DNA of 64,000 bases, from positions 17,222-81,221 of the forward strand of contig DCVE01000003.1 in the NCBI GenBank assembly GCA_002328025.1, read 5' to 3'. The DNA is from Patescibacteria group bacterium UBA2196. GTDB lineage: Bacteria; Patescibacteriota; Patescibacteriia; UBA2196. Under the pieces are notes generated by a model, which ran no database searches, was not told where the DNA came from, and saw only the letters and a program-made list of their open reading frames with translations. Of this stretch, positions 1 to 9,911 are shown piece by piece (within the stretch, counting starts at the first letter, position 1; every line of letters starts with the position of its first letter). The position numbers and the translations under genes were made by a program.

Positions 1-78
1 TACACGGCTATACATAAAACATGAATTACAATTAACCCCTGTCTTAATACAGCATTATCAATAAATAAAAAACTGGCA

Positions 79-327
79 TTGACAGCCATCGTCAACATAA
101 AATATGTCAACCAAAAACGAAGCGTGACTTTAAAACCCAAATTTTTTATGGCTAAAAAACCAACAAAAAACAAATTAAAAAATATCAATACACCAGCCAA
201 CACAAAAAATAAAGATGGCCACTTTAAAATAGCTTCCAAAAACGCCAAATTTAATACGGCAACTAAAAAAGGTGACAATCTTTTTAATAAAAACATATGT
301 GTTACTCCGTCTTCAGCCAAGTGTTAG
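79..327 (+). CDS. hypothetical small Lys-rich protein (possibly spurious)
   Basis: 82-aa low-complexity basic ORF from the track, opposite orientation to its neighbours; no recognisable domain. Confidence 0.2.
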   Translation: MTAIVNIKYVNQKRSVTLKPKFFMAKKPTKNKLKNINTPANTKNKDGHFKIASKNAKFNTATKKGDNLFNKNICVTPSSAKC

Positions 328-847
328 CTTGCATAATTTCATCCATTTTTTCTGCTGATTGTTGTAATAATTTTTGTCCCTCTGCTTTTTTACCAACCAC
401 ATAAGCTTCATAGCCTCTTTGAGCACCATCCAAAGCTAACACTAAATTTAAGTGTACATCTTTATAGATACCAGTTAAAGTTAATCCCATTATTGCATCC
501 ACAGCCTCTTTAACATTTATAATTTTAGCAGCATAATCATCCGCAACTAAATTAGCATCTTGAATTAAATATTTTTTTACTATTTCTACTGCTCTCTGAC
601 GATAGTTGCTGTCTAATGCAACTGTGTCTATTTTTAATTCCTGATTTTTATTATAATCCGTCAAAAATAACTTACCCATTATTTTGTTCTGATTATTATT
701 TTGCACCACACAAGAAACAGAAAATAAAGAAATTAATAATAAAAAAATTCCAACTAAAACAAAAATTAAAACCAATATCATTTTAGCCTGTATTGTCATT
801 TTATTTTTTTTTGGCATATATTTAATTTTTTTGACTATATTTTTCAA
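302..847 (-). CDS. hypothetical membrane-anchored protein
   Basis: N-terminal hydrophobic segment MILVLIFVLVGIFLLLISLF; overlaps the upstream SPFH gene by 26 nt, so the true start may be an internal Met near 799. Confidence 0.45.
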   Translation of the reverse strand: MKNIVKKIKYMPKKNKMTIQAKMILVLIFVLVGIFLLLISLFSVSCVVQNNNQNKIMGKLFLTDYNKNQELKIDTVALDSNYRQRAVEIVKKYLIQDANLVADDYAAKIINVKEAVDAIMGLTLTGIYKDVHLNLVLALDGAQRGYEAYVVGKKAEGQKLLQQSAEKMDEIMQANTWLKTE

Positions 848-1571
848 AAGCCCGCAAAACCTCTAAAGGAATCATAAATATCATGGTATTTGATTGGTCC
901 GAAGAAACATCGTTAATGGTCTGCAAAGTGCGTAAATGCAAAGCGCCTTGTGAGCCAGCCAAAATAGTCGCTGCTTTAGCCATATTATCCGCGGCAATGA
1001 CTTCGCCTTCGGCCTTAATAATCACCGCTCTTCTTTCTCTTTCTGCTTCTGCCTGCTTGGCAATCACCCGCTTCATATCTTCTGGCAAATTAATATCTTT
1101 CAATTCCACTGAATCAACTTTAACCCCCCACGGATCAGTGGCTGAATCTACCACTTGCTGGATTCTTTTGGAAACATCGTCACGATTAGACAATAATTGA
1201 TCCAAATCCACTTCGCCCACCGCGTTTCTCATGGTGGTTTGCGCCAATTGCGAAACCGCATAATAAAAATTTTCCACTTCAATTACTGCTTTGGCCGCGT
1301 CAGATACTTTGTAATAAATTACCGCGTTGACTTTAACGGAAATATTATCTTTGGTAATCGCTTCCTGGTCTGGCACATCCACGGCTTTAACGCGAATGTC
1401 CACTTTTTTCATAGATTGGAAAACCGGCCAGACAATTCTCCAGCCCGGATTTTTCATCCCCACATAACGACCCATAGTAAACATTACTCCGCGCTCGTAT
1501 TGATTAACTTGGCGCAGTGATGCTAAAACTAAAACCAACACCACAAATATAATCCAAAATAAAGTAATCAT
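822..1571 (-). CDS. SPFH/band-7 family protein (stomatin/prohibitin-like)
   Basis: N-terminal TM, then typical band-7 core (QYERGVMFTMGRY...AVDVPDQEAITKDNISVKVNAVIYYKV...AEAERERRAVIIKAEGE). Confidence 0.85.
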   Translation of the reverse strand: MITLFWIIFVVLVLVLASLRQVNQYERGVMFTMGRYVGMKNPGWRIVWPVFQSMKKVDIRVKAVDVPDQEAITKDNISVKVNAVIYYKVSDAAKAVIEVENFYYAVSQLAQTTMRNAVGEVDLDQLLSNRDDVSKRIQQVVDSATDPWGVKVDSVELKDINLPEDMKRVIAKQAEAERERRAVIIKAEGEVIAADNMAKAATILAGSQGALHLRTLQTINDVSSDQSNTMIFMIPLEVLRAFEKYSQKN

Positions 1572-1633
1572 ATGTTTTTCCTTTTATAATCCAAAAAAAT
1601 GGATTTAAATTATTATTAAAATATTATTTTAAA

Positions 1634-2968
1634 TTATTCTACTGTCAACTTACCAGGCCCTAATGGATTATATCCATTTTGTACTTCTTCACCATCCAGA
1701 TATCCATCATTATCAGAATCTGGATAATTAGGATCAGTTCCCCAAATTTTTTCTTCCACATCAGTCAAACCATCGCCATCAGAATCCAAATTTAAATTTT
1801 CATTTTCAAGTTGTGTATTCTCTTCATCAGTAAAACTGGTGTCAAAATTTAATTCTTCATCTAATTGAAGTTGATTATTATCTGTTTCAACCTGATCTTG
1901 AACTTGGTTTAAACTCGAAACTATTTTGTTATTAGGAAAAAATTTCATTAAATAATCTAACGAATCCATACTTAATGTCTCTGATTTAATTAAGAAAAAA
2001 GGTAAAATTCCAACCAATAAAATAGTTGGGATTAAAAATATTAACATCAGCGTCCATATTTTTTGCCACACTGTATATTTTTCTTCGCTCTCTATTTTAT
2101 TTTCTTTATTTAATAAAAGATTCTGATAAATATCACTATCATATATCGCACCAAATGATCTAAAAAGTAAAGAAATAAACATATTGGCCAAAGAAAGGCC
2201 AAGATATAACACAAAAGAAACTATGGTAAAGGCAGTGCCCAATCCGCCAAACAAATTAACCAAAAAGAACGCCAAAGCAAAAACAATTTGCACCAAGGGT
2301 TGAAAACCACTAAATAATATAACGCGTTTAAAAATTGCCCATCTATAACCCTTTGATAATTCGGCGCTTCTTTTTAAAGCTTTTCCACCACGCTTGCCTT
2401 CTATCAAAAAAGCATAGGGTGCTAGACCATATTTTATACCCCAGACAATGCCCGGGATTATTAAAAGTAATAAACCACCAAAAACAACTAATGATTTCAA
2501 TATTTCAACCCAAAAAAGTCCCCACACGTTTTTTCTACTCATTCTTAATGTTTCTTTTTTGCTAGCCGATGAATTAAATATAGTATAGACATAACAAGCC
2601 AGTGGCCAATTTAAAATATAAACAACAGCACCAATTAAAGATAAAACTCCAGCAATTCCTAAAATAACATTAATTACATTCAACGCAATCCCATCATTAT
2701 TTCTAAATATAAAATTTAGTATTGCATAAACCAAAAACGTTAATATCAATGGCAAAACGGCTAAAAAAGATGGCACTATGGCAAAAAAGATAAACCTCCA
2801 TTTTCTTGCCCAAGCACGAGCAATAGAATCTTTAAAAAGCTGCAACCAATTTTTAAGTGAAACATTAAAAACATCCGGCATTGGGTTCGTTGATATTTTT
2901 TCTGGTTGAACCGGCGTTGGGTTTGTTGCTGTAGACTGACTGTTTTGATTAAAATTTTGTTCCAACAT
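1634..2968 (-). CDS. polytopic membrane protein with C-terminal thrombospondin-type-3-like Ca-binding repeats
   Basis: multiple hydrophobic helices; C-terminus [34 protein letters not shown] (DxDxDG repeats). Confidence 0.55.
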   Translation of the reverse strand: MLEQNFNQNSQSTATNPTPVQPEKISTNPMPDVFNVSLKNWLQLFKDSIARAWARKWRFIFFAIVPSFLAVLPLILTFLVYAILNFIFRNNDGIALNVINVILGIAGVLSLIGAVVYILNWPLACYVYTIFNSSASKKETLRMSRKNVWGLFWVEILKSLVVFGGLLLLIIPGIVWGIKYGLAPYAFLIEGKRGGKALKRSAELSKGYRWAIFKRVILFSGFQPLVQIVFALAFFLVNLFGGLGTAFTIVSFVLYLGLSLANMFISLLFRSFGAIYDSDIYQNLLLNKENKIESEEKYTVWQKIWTLMLIFLIPTILLVGILPFFLIKSETLSMDSLDYLMKFFPNNKIVSSLNQVQDQVETDNNQLQLDEELNFDTSFTDEENTQLENENLNLDSDGDGLTDVEEKIWGTDPNYPDSDNDGYLDGEEVQNGYNPLGPGKLTVE

Positions 2969-3241
2969 AATTTTTTAACTAATAAAAAAATAAAACTCGC
3001 TTCTTATTTTGTTTAGCACAAATCTAAAAAATAAAATTATTCCATCCATTTTTTATTTTTCTTTAAAACCATACTTAAACCCAAAATTATCACCAAAACC
3101 GGCCAGATAAGCCCCCAAGTTGCCGCACTCAAAATATGCAAATTCTGTAATAAAAAAATTACACCCAACGCCACTAATAAAAGTCCAAAAAACATATATT
3201 TATTTTTTCTGACTTAAAAAATTAAGTCAAAAATTAATAGT

Positions 3242-3616
3242 TTAAACACCTCTTGTTCCTAAAATCAAAATAGCTATAAATAATAAAATTACCAACAAAG
3301 TCACAACTGTCACCAAAAGAGTTAGGACAGCTTCTTTAATTTTTTTCTCTAATAATAAAAAAGTTGGTCTACCAAAAACAAAAGCTGCTGTTAATACTGC
3401 GCTAAAGACAAAAAATAACAAAAATAAAATAAAGCCAAAACTAACCACTCCCAAAGATTGGCGCATTAAATCATTTAATACATTCAAAGAATAGACGGCT
3501 AAAATAATATAAGCGGCTTGTGCTATACCCGCAGCAATGCCCCAACGTGCGACATCATCTTTTATTATGTGATCGTTTTTTTGCTTTTCTTTTGTTTGTG
3601 TTTTTCTCATGGCCAT
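3242..3616 (-). CDS. hypothetical small membrane protein
   Basis: three or four hydrophobic helices; no recognisable motif. Confidence 0.4.
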   Translation of the reverse strand: MAMRKTQTKEKQKNDHIIKDDVARWGIAAGIAQAAYIILAVYSLNVLNDLMRQSLGVVSFGFILFLLFFVFSAVLTAAFVFGRPTFLLLEKKIKEAVLTLLVTVVTLLVILLFIAILILGTRGV

Positions 3617-3639
3617 AAGAATTAATAATAAATTAAAAC

Positions 3640-3975
3640 TTAAAAACTAAAAGTTTTTTCCATCTCCACTTCTTGCCAGTCACTTTTATTTACATCCCAC
3701 AAGTAGGCTTTTAAATAACTGACAAATTCATGCTCATCATAAACTTTATCAACTTTAACAAAAGAGCCTACCCGACCAGAATATAAAGTTTTTTCGCCCC
3801 GTAATTTAGCCTTTTTTGTCCACTCTAATTTTACTTTACCCAAATTTGGCAAGCCAAAAACCACCACTTCACGCATACCGGGCACATTATCAGGTAATTC
3901 TTCCTCTCGTTCTTCCAAAACAGAAAATTTTTGCTTTAAGTTAAAAATTGTGTCCAGCCATTTTTCTTTGGTCAT
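3640..3975 (-). CDS. hypothetical protein
   Basis: 111-aa soluble ORF in an operon-like arrangement; no motif recognised. Confidence 0.4.
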   Translation of the reverse strand: MTKEKWLDTIFNLKQKFSVLEEREEELPDNVPGMREVVVFGLPNLGKVKLEWTKKAKLRGEKTLYSGRVGSFVKVDKVYDEHEFVSYLKAYLWDVNKSDWQEVEMEKTFSF

Positions 3976-4010
3976 AAAAAATTAATAATAATATTATACC
4001 ACATTTACTA

Positions 4011-4568
4011 CTATCTGACAATTTTTAAACCCATGTAATATCCTTGCGGTTTTTGACACAACGGACATTTGCTTGGTGCGCTCTTACCTTTATGAATATA
4101 ACCACAGTTTAAACATTTCCATTCTGTTTCGTCTTCGCTTTGGAAAAGTTTATTCTGTTCCAATTTGTCCGCCAAAAGCGTATATCTTTCCGCATGTTTT
4201 TCCTCTACTTCACTAATTTCTTGAAATAAAATGGCAATTTTATCCTCGCCTTCCTCTTCGGCCACCTTTTTAAATTCTGGATACATGGTGCCAAACTCAT
4301 AGGTTTCACCTGCCGCTGCATTTCTCAAATTTTCCAAAGTTGAACCCAAAGGATGAATGTCATAAGTATTGGTCATTTCTGTTTTTTCAGTCAATTGCTC
4401 AAGTTCTTCTTGCGCATGTGCTCGTTCATTATCCGCGGTTTCTTCAAAAACTTTGGCAATCCACATTAAACCCTCTTTTTGCGCAATTTCAGCAAAATAG
4501 GTGTATTTATTGCGCGCCATTGATTCACCAGCAATGGCTTTTAATAAATTAGCAAATGTCTTTTTCAT
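4011..4568 (-). CDS. rbr: rubrerythrin
   Basis: ferritin-like diiron helices with ExxH motifs, plus a C-terminal rubredoxin-like CxxC...CxxC (KCLNCGYIHKG...SKCPLCQKP). Confidence 0.9.
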   Translation of the reverse strand: MKKTFANLLKAIAGESMARNKYTYFAEIAQKEGLMWIAKVFEETADNERAHAQEELEQLTEKTEMTNTYDIHPLGSTLENLRNAAAGETYEFGTMYPEFKKVAEEEGEDKIAILFQEISEVEEKHAERYTLLADKLEQNKLFQSEDETEWKCLNCGYIHKGKSAPSKCPLCQKPQGYYMGLKIVR

Positions 4569-4700
4569 ATTTTTTTATTTAATAATAATTCTAATAACAC
4601 CTTGGATTTATTATACCATAAAAATAGCTAAAACAAAGCCATATCCCAATTGTATATTTTTACTATCCAAAAAGCACACTTTAATGTATAATCTAAATAT

Positions 4701-5771
4701 ATGCGAATCTTAGATGACATAAAATTAGACTATCAAGATGTTCTACTGCGTCCCAAAAGGAGTACCCTTCAATCTAGAAAAGACGTTATTCTTGAACGTT
4801 CTTTTGTGTTTTATCATTCACCAAAAATCTGGACGGGCATTCCCATTATGTCAGCCAACATGGCCACTTGCGGCACTTTTGAAATAGCTAAAATTTTTTC
4901 CCACTACAAAATGATCACCGCTTTTCATAAATACTACACCATTAAAGATTACCAAAAATTTTTTAAAACTTTTAACAACCCAGACTACGTCTGTTACACC
5001 TTGGGTATACGTGATAAAGATATCAACCAATTAAAATTGATGAAAAAAAACGGTTTACTTAAAAAATTTTCTTTTATCTGTCTGGATGTACCCAACGGCT
5101 ATTTACAGTCTTTTCTTGAAGTTATAAAAAACGCCAGAAAAATGTGTCCGACACATATCATTATCGCCGGTAATGTGGTGACAAATGAAATCACCGAAGA
5201 AATTATCTTGGCTGGAGCAGATATTGTTAAAATCGGTATTGGCCCCGGCTCGGTCTGCACTACCAGAAAAATGACCGGCGTTGGCTATCCACAACTTTCA
5301 GCAGTTATTGAGTGTGCAGATTCAGCTCACGGCATTGCTAATACTAGAGGTGTGGGCAGAATCATTGCCGATGGCGGACAACAATATCCATCAGATGTGG
5401 CTAAGGCTTTTTGTGGCGGTGCGGATTTTAATATGTGTGGCTCATTATTTTCTGGTTTTGAACAAAACGCCGGAGAAACAGTTATTAAAGAAGGTAAAAA
5501 ATTTAAAGAATATTTTGGTTCATCTTCTAATAAAGCCATGCAAGATTTTTATGGCCAAAAAGACGCTCACCGTGCCAGTGAAGGACGTTACACACTTATT
5601 CCGCATAAGGGCGATATACACGAATTTATCCAAGACTTAATGGGTTCGCTTAGAAGTACTGCCACCTACATTGGCGCGCGACAACTTAAAGAATTTCCCA
5701 AGCGTGCCACTTTTTTAAAAGTCAATCGACAATTAACTACATATTTAGAAAAATACGACGAAGAAAAATAA
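4701..5771 (+). CDS. guaC: GMP reductase
   Basis: 356 aa; N-terminus LDYQDVLLRPKRSTLQSRKDV and GIGPGSVCTTR closely match E. coli GuaC (~346 aa); no CBS pair, so not IMPDH. TATAAT lies ~8 nt before the ATG, suggesting a leaderless or short-leader transcript. Confidence 0.9.
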   Translation: MRILDDIKLDYQDVLLRPKRSTLQSRKDVILERSFVFYHSPKIWTGIPIMSANMATCGTFEIAKIFSHYKMITAFHKYYTIKDYQKFFKTFNNPDYVCYTLGIRDKDINQLKLMKKNGLLKKFSFICLDVPNGYLQSFLEVIKNARKMCPTHIIIAGNVVTNEITEEIILAGADIVKIGIGPGSVCTTRKMTGVGYPQLSAVIECADSAHGIANTRGVGRIIADGGQQYPSDVAKAFCGGADFNMCGSLFSGFEQNAGETVIKEGKKFKEYFGSSSNKAMQDFYGQKDAHRASEGRYTLIPHKGDIHEFIQDLMGSLRSTATYIGARQLKEFPKRATFLKVNRQLTTYLEKYDEEK

Positions 5772-5792
5772 TCTTTTAAATTCTCACGAAAC

Positions 5793-5825
5793 AAAATCCC
5801 ATCAGTTGATGGGATTTTGTTTTTA
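5793..5825. terminator. bidirectional rho-independent terminator between convergent guaC and mscL
   Basis: AAAATCCCATC-AGTT-GATGGGATTTT hairpin with T-run on the + strand and A-run upstream. Confidence 0.6.
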
Positions 5826-5841
5826 ACTTTAAACCCTACAT

Positions 5842-6243
5842 TTATAAAATAACTTGAGCGCAATGTGAACAACGTTTAGCATCAATGGGAATTTCACTTA
5901 AACACTCTGGACATTTTTTGGTGGTTGGATCTGTGGGCGCTTCTTTTTTAGAGTGTGCAATGAGCAAATTCATTGGTTTAATCACAAAAAAGAAAACTGC
6001 CGCTGCAACCAAAACAAAAGCCATCAGGGCGTTAATAAAACGTCCAAACATAAACTTACTTCCATTAATTGTAAAAGCAAAACCGGAAAAATCTGGCACT
6101 TTAACAATGGCCGCAATTAATGGAGTTAATAAATCCGCTACAAACGCCGTAACTACTGTTCCAAAAGCAGCCCCAACCACAACACCAACAGCTAAATCAA
6201 CAACATTACCCCGCAATAAAAATTGTTTAAATTCTTTCATCAT
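5842..6243 (-). CDS. mscL: large-conductance mechanosensitive channel with C-terminal CxxC...CxxC zinc-ribbon tail
   Basis: MMKEFKQFLLRGNVVDLAVGVVVGAAFG is canonical MscL TM1. The ORF track extends to 6396 but homology starts at Met codon 6243. C-terminus CPECLSEIPIDAKRCSHCAQ. Confidence 0.8.
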   Translation of the reverse strand: MMKEFKQFLLRGNVVDLAVGVVVGAAFGTVVTAFVADLLTPLIAAIVKVPDFSGFAFTINGSKFMFGRFINALMAFVLVAAAVFFFVIKPMNLLIAHSKKEAPTDPTTKKCPECLSEIPIDAKRCSHCAQVIL

Positions 6244-6275
6244 AAATTTAAAGCCATTAATTATCTTGTTTTTAA

Positions 6276-6671
6276 TTATCTGTTTAAATAAGTTACTGTG
6301 AGTTGTAAAACTGTTGCAAAGCTTACCCACAACAAATATGGAATTTGCATATATGTAATCCAACGAGCATGTGGATAGATAGAAAACATTGCCCAAACCA
6401 ATGTAATCAAGACTAATAAAACATCAACAGCTGCTAAAAAATTATTCTTCAGTCCAAATTGGAGTGGTGTAAAAGCAAAATTAAATATCAAATTAAGCAC
6501 AAATGGCAAAGCGATCAAAAAGCTAATTTGTTTTTGCCATAACATTAAAAATACTTTGCCAAAAGAAATAGCAATTAAAATATAAAGAAACGTCCATACT
6601 GGTCCAAACAGCCACGCTGGTGGCGACCAGGTTGGTTTAATGAGTTGTGAGTACCAATTATAGCTAGTCAT
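6276..6671 (-). CDS. tspO: TspO/MBR tryptophan-rich sensory protein
   Basis: LIKPTWSPPAWLFGPVWTFLYILIAIS hallmark; five TM helices; Trp-rich. Confidence 0.8.
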   Translation of the reverse strand: MTSYNWYSQLIKPTWSPPAWLFGPVWTFLYILIAISFGKVFLMLWQKQISFLIALPFVLNLIFNFAFTPLQFGLKNNFLAAVDVLLVLITLVWAMFSIYPHARWITYMQIPYLLWVSFATVLQLTVTYLNR

Positions 6672-6679
6672 AATTTAGG

Positions 6680-7369
6680 TTATTTATTTTTTTTAAATTT
6701 TGTTTTAATAAACTCAATCACGATTGGAAAAATAGATAAAATAATAATAGCCATAATTACCAAAGAAAAATTCTCCTTAACACTGGGAATATTACCAAAA
6801 AAATAACCCAAACACGTAAATCCAAACACCCACGCAAATCCTCCGCTAATATTATAGTGGACAAATTTTTTATAATCCATTTTTCCAACACCCGCCACAA
6901 ATGGTGCAAATGTTCTAACAATTGGTATAAAGCGTGCCAAAAAAATTGTTTTACCGCCGTGTTTAGCGTAAAATTTATGAGTTTTATCTAAATGAACCTG
7001 ATTAATAGGAACTTTTGGATTATCAATTAACTTCTGACCAAAATAATACCCTATCCAATAATTAACCGTGTCACCCAAAAAAGCAGCGCCCCACAACAAC
7101 AAAGACAAAACAACAATATTAAAAGAACCAATCGCCGCAAAAGCTCCAGCTGCGAAAAGAAGTGAATCTCCGGGTAAAAATGGTACAACAACAAAACCCG
7201 TTTCAACAAATATAATTACAAACAAAATTATATAAGATAGTGTTCCATACTGAGTAATAATTTCGCCCAAATGAACATCGATATGAAATATAAATTCAAA
7301 AATACTTATAAATATTTGCATATATTTAATTTTCTCATATAGCACCAAACTTAGCAAATAATAGCACAC
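6680..7369 (-). CDS. DedA family membrane protein
   Basis: VPFLPGDSLLFAAGAFAA and FIPIVRTFAPFVAGVGKM motifs. Confidence 0.85.
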   Translation of the reverse strand: MCYYLLSLVLYEKIKYMQIFISIFEFIFHIDVHLGEIITQYGTLSYIILFVIIFVETGFVVVPFLPGDSLLFAAGAFAAIGSFNIVVLSLLLWGAAFLGDTVNYWIGYYFGQKLIDNPKVPINQVHLDKTHKFYAKHGGKTIFLARFIPIVRTFAPFVAGVGKMDYKKFVHYNISGGFAWVFGFTCLGYFFGNIPSVKENFSLVIMAIIILSIFPIVIEFIKTKFKKNK

Positions 7370-7447
7370 AAAGCTTTACAGACTTAACAATATACTGTAT
7401 AATATATATATAGACACTAAAATTTTATTTATAAATAAAACAAAACT

Positions 7448-7702
7448 ATGCCAAAAGCAAATTCCGCTTTTATGAAACCTTTGAATCTAAGTCCAGAGCT
7501 TGAAGCCGTAGTTGGCAAAGGTCCTTTGCCAAGATCGGAAGTTGTCAAAAAACTGTGGGACTACATCAAGAAAAACAATTTGCAGGACCCCAGCAACAAA
7601 CGCAACATCAATGCTGATGAAAAACTAAAAGTTGTTTTCGGAGGTAAGGCCGTGGTTAATATGTTTGAAATGACCAAATTGGTTTCTAAACATTTATCAT
7701 AA
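7448..7702 (+). CDS. SWIB/MDM2 domain protein
   Basis: 84 aa; LSPELEAVVGKGPLPRSEVVKKLWDYIKKNNLQDP...KLKVVFGG is the typical SWIB fold signature. Confidence 0.8.
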   Translation: MPKANSAFMKPLNLSPELEAVVGKGPLPRSEVVKKLWDYIKKNNLQDPSNKRNINADEKLKVVFGGKAVVNMFEMTKLVSKHLS

Positions 7703-7753
7703 CCGCAAACAAAAAAGGACCTGTTTTTACAAGTTCTTTTTTGTTTGAAAAAA

Positions 7754-8263
7754 TTATTTTTTACTCGTCTTTTTTACTGCCTTTTTAGCTTTAACAACCG
7801 GAACAGTTTTTATCACGTCTTTAACTTTTTCTTCAACAACCAAGGGTTTGTTTTTTGTCATACCCTCAACCGCCTTAATTAAACGATCCATTTTTACATT
7901 TAACGCTTCTAACTGCTTCTTTATTTCATCGTTGTTGCTCTTGCCAACATCGCCTCTAAAGTCTGGTTTGCTAGAAGCTTGATAATTGTCATAACTTTTA
8001 TGCGCAAATCTATTTCCACCTCTATCGTCGCTGGTTTCTCTTTTGTTTCTGAAACAAGCATTGCAATAGATTGGTTTATCACCAGTTGGTCTAAAAGGCA
8101 CTTCGCAAGGTTTATGGCATTGATCGCAAACCGCTTGATGCATAGTTGTTTGACCACGATCTCTACCACCACTAAAACCACCGCGATTTCCATCGTCTCG
8201 TTTGCCAAATCCGCCTCTCTGGCCACCAAAACGTTTTCCGCCGCCTCTTCTTGAATCTTCCAT
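7754..8263 (-). CDS. RGG/Gly-Arg-rich protein with CxxC...CxxC zinc ribbon
   Basis: GGGKRFGGQRGGFG low-complexity N-terminus; CDQCHKPCEVPF...YCNACF. Confidence 0.5.
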   Translation of the reverse strand: MEDSRRGGGKRFGGQRGGFGKRDDGNRGGFSGGRDRGQTTMHQAVCDQCHKPCEVPFRPTGDKPIYCNACFRNKRETSDDRGGNRFAHKSYDNYQASSKPDFRGDVGKSNNDEIKKQLEALNVKMDRLIKAVEGMTKNKPLVVEEKVKDVIKTVPVVKAKKAVKKTSKK

Positions 8264-8349
8264 AATTTTATATGTTATTTATTAAAGTAAATAGAGTATA
8301 CACTATTTACTTAAAAAAAACAAGGACGAAGTAAATTTAGAATTCAAAA

Positions 8350-8383
8350 ATAAAAAAACACGTTGTCTTAAAATGACAACGTG
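8350..8383 (-). terminator. rho-independent terminator after the P-loop kinase gene
   Basis: CACGTTGTC-TTAAAAT-GACAACGTG hairpin followed on the minus strand by a T-run. Confidence 0.45.
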
Positions 8384-8387
8384 AGGT

Positions 8388-8957
8388 TTATATCATCTCC
8401 ACTCCTGGCAATGTTAACTGAAGCGGATTAATTCGACGGATTATATCAAACTGCGCATCATAACAATACACGGTGTTATCTATGAAATAAAATTCGTCAT
8501 CGGGATAATTAATATCCACAGCCTCCCGATGATAAAGATTATAATCCCAGGCCATACCATCCTGAGAAATATCACCGTATCCGGGTTTTTGTCTTGCCCA
8601 TTTTAGGCTTTGGGGTAGCGGAGTAATAAAATACCAACACACAATTACTTCCACCCCCAGATCCCTGAGCAATTGGACATAATTTTGACGTGTTTTTTCA
8701 TATCCATTCCAGACGTCAAAAATTATTTTCGCATTTTCCCCAGCAGAGCCAACAACTTCTCTTATCTGCTGGTTAAAAAAATCGTGGGCTACATCGCCCA
8801 TGCCAGAATACGGGTCAAAACCGACAGTACCGTATTCTTTTAAAAATATTTCATCCCTGTCAAGCACCAAAACTTCTGGATTGGTGCTTTTAACTAACTC
8901 CACGTAGGTAGACTTTCCTGAACCTCGTGGACCGGATGTCAAATACACTATCTTCAT
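8388..8957 (-). CDS. P-loop NTPase, predicted kinase (AAA_33/Pnk-like)
   Basis: Walker A TSGPRGSGKST near the N-terminus, then LVLDRDE. Confidence 0.55.
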   Translation of the reverse strand: MKIVYLTSGPRGSGKSTYVELVKSTNPEVLVLDRDEIFLKEYGTVGFDPYSGMGDVAHDFFNQQIREVVGSAGENAKIIFDVWNGYEKTRQNYVQLLRDLGVEVIVCWYFITPLPQSLKWARQKPGYGDISQDGMAWDYNLYHREAVDINYPDDEFYFIDNTVYCYDAQFDIIRRINPLQLTLPGVEMI

Positions 8958-9245
8958 TATCTATCCCCCCTTTTTTTACTGTTTTTATAAAATAAAAAAT
9001 AATTTATCTATTTCACTATCATATACTTTTATCACAATTTTTTAAATAAAGCAAGTTATCAAACCAATTCAAATATCTACAAATTTTAATATAATCCAAA
9101 ACAAAAACTCCCCTAAAATTAGAGGAATTTTTGTTGGCTCCGAGGATAATATTTAAACTGCGGTCGGGTCTCTCAAAAGACGCTCATTCCCCGTCTTGGT
9201 TCTAATTCCTTTTTCGTAGACTTACAAAGATTGAGCAAGATTAGA

Positions 9246-9911
9246 TTATTGACCTTCTTTTGCTATTTTAAATTTTAAAACCCTAGTTTCATCTGAATAA
9301 AAAACCAGCCTTGATCCAATGTCTTCAAGTTTTAATGTTATACCTATCTCATCTTTGTTAATAATTTCTCCAACCAGCCGAGCTATACTACCCATATTAT
9401 CTAATCTATTATGGCCGACCGTTCCTCTTCGAACCGTCATTTGCTCACGCATTTTTGCCCTTTCTTCATCATTCATATTTTGCATCTTTTCAAAGCCGCC
9501 ACGCTGACCTTCAAAACCTGCGGGCAATTGCCTATCTGTATTATTTTTCATACCATCCGGATTAATTTCTTCCCTCTCCCTAAATGGAAAATTCCTGTCC
9601 ATTTCTCCAAAATCTATTTTTTTATCACCAATCACAATCTGATTGGCACTAATACTTCCGTCGCCGTTTTCAGTCCCCACTACTAAAACCTGTTGGCCTA
9701 TTTCTAAATTATCTAAGCTGACTTCATCAAAATTTTCATTCCATCTAGGTATTTGATTTTCTTGAGTTTGCTGTTCTTGATTTTGATTTTTTTGCTCATT
9801 ATTATTTTGTTCGTATTTTTTTGAGCAACCAGTAACTAAAAGCAAGACAATTAAAAATGTTGGCAGAATAAAATAATATCTTTTCATATAATTATTAGTT
9901 AATTTATTCAT
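9246..9911 (-). CDS. hypothetical lipoprotein
   Basis: signal peptide with lipobox LLLVTGC; Gln/Asn/Glu-rich mature part; last gene of the ABC efflux operon. Confidence 0.5.
   Translation of the reverse strand: MNKLTNNYMKRYYFILPTFLIVLLLVTGCSKKYEQNNNEQKNQNQEQQTQENQIPRWNENFDEVSLDNLEIGQQVLVVGTENGDGSISANQIVIGDKKIDFGEMDRNFPFREREEINPDGMKNNTDRQLPAGFEGQRGGFEKMQNMNDEERAKMREQMTVRRGTVGHNRLDNMGSIARLVGEIINKDEIGITLKLEDIGSRLVFYSDETRVLKFKIAKEGQ

Noticed and set aside
4701-5771. IMP dehydrogenase (guaB) assignment
   Set aside because: The length (356 aa), the absence of a CBS-pair insertion and near-colinear identity of motifs with GuaC favour GMP reductase
5842-6396. Full 184-aa ORF as the mscL product
   Set aside because: The first 51 residues have no MscL counterpart and canonical MscL TM1 begins at the internal MMKEF; the shorter CDS 5842-6243 is reported
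7703-7752. Possible terminator between SWIB gene and the RGG zinc-ribbon gene
   Set aside because: Only an AT-rich 12-bp stem (CAAACAAAAAAG/CTTTTTTGTTTG) with an 18-nt loop; too weak to call confidently
9181-9225. GGTTCTAATTCC resembles a tRNA T-loop (GGTTCGAATCC)
   Set aside because: The flanking 5 nt cannot pair as a T-stem and no acceptor, D- or anticodon arms can be built on either strand
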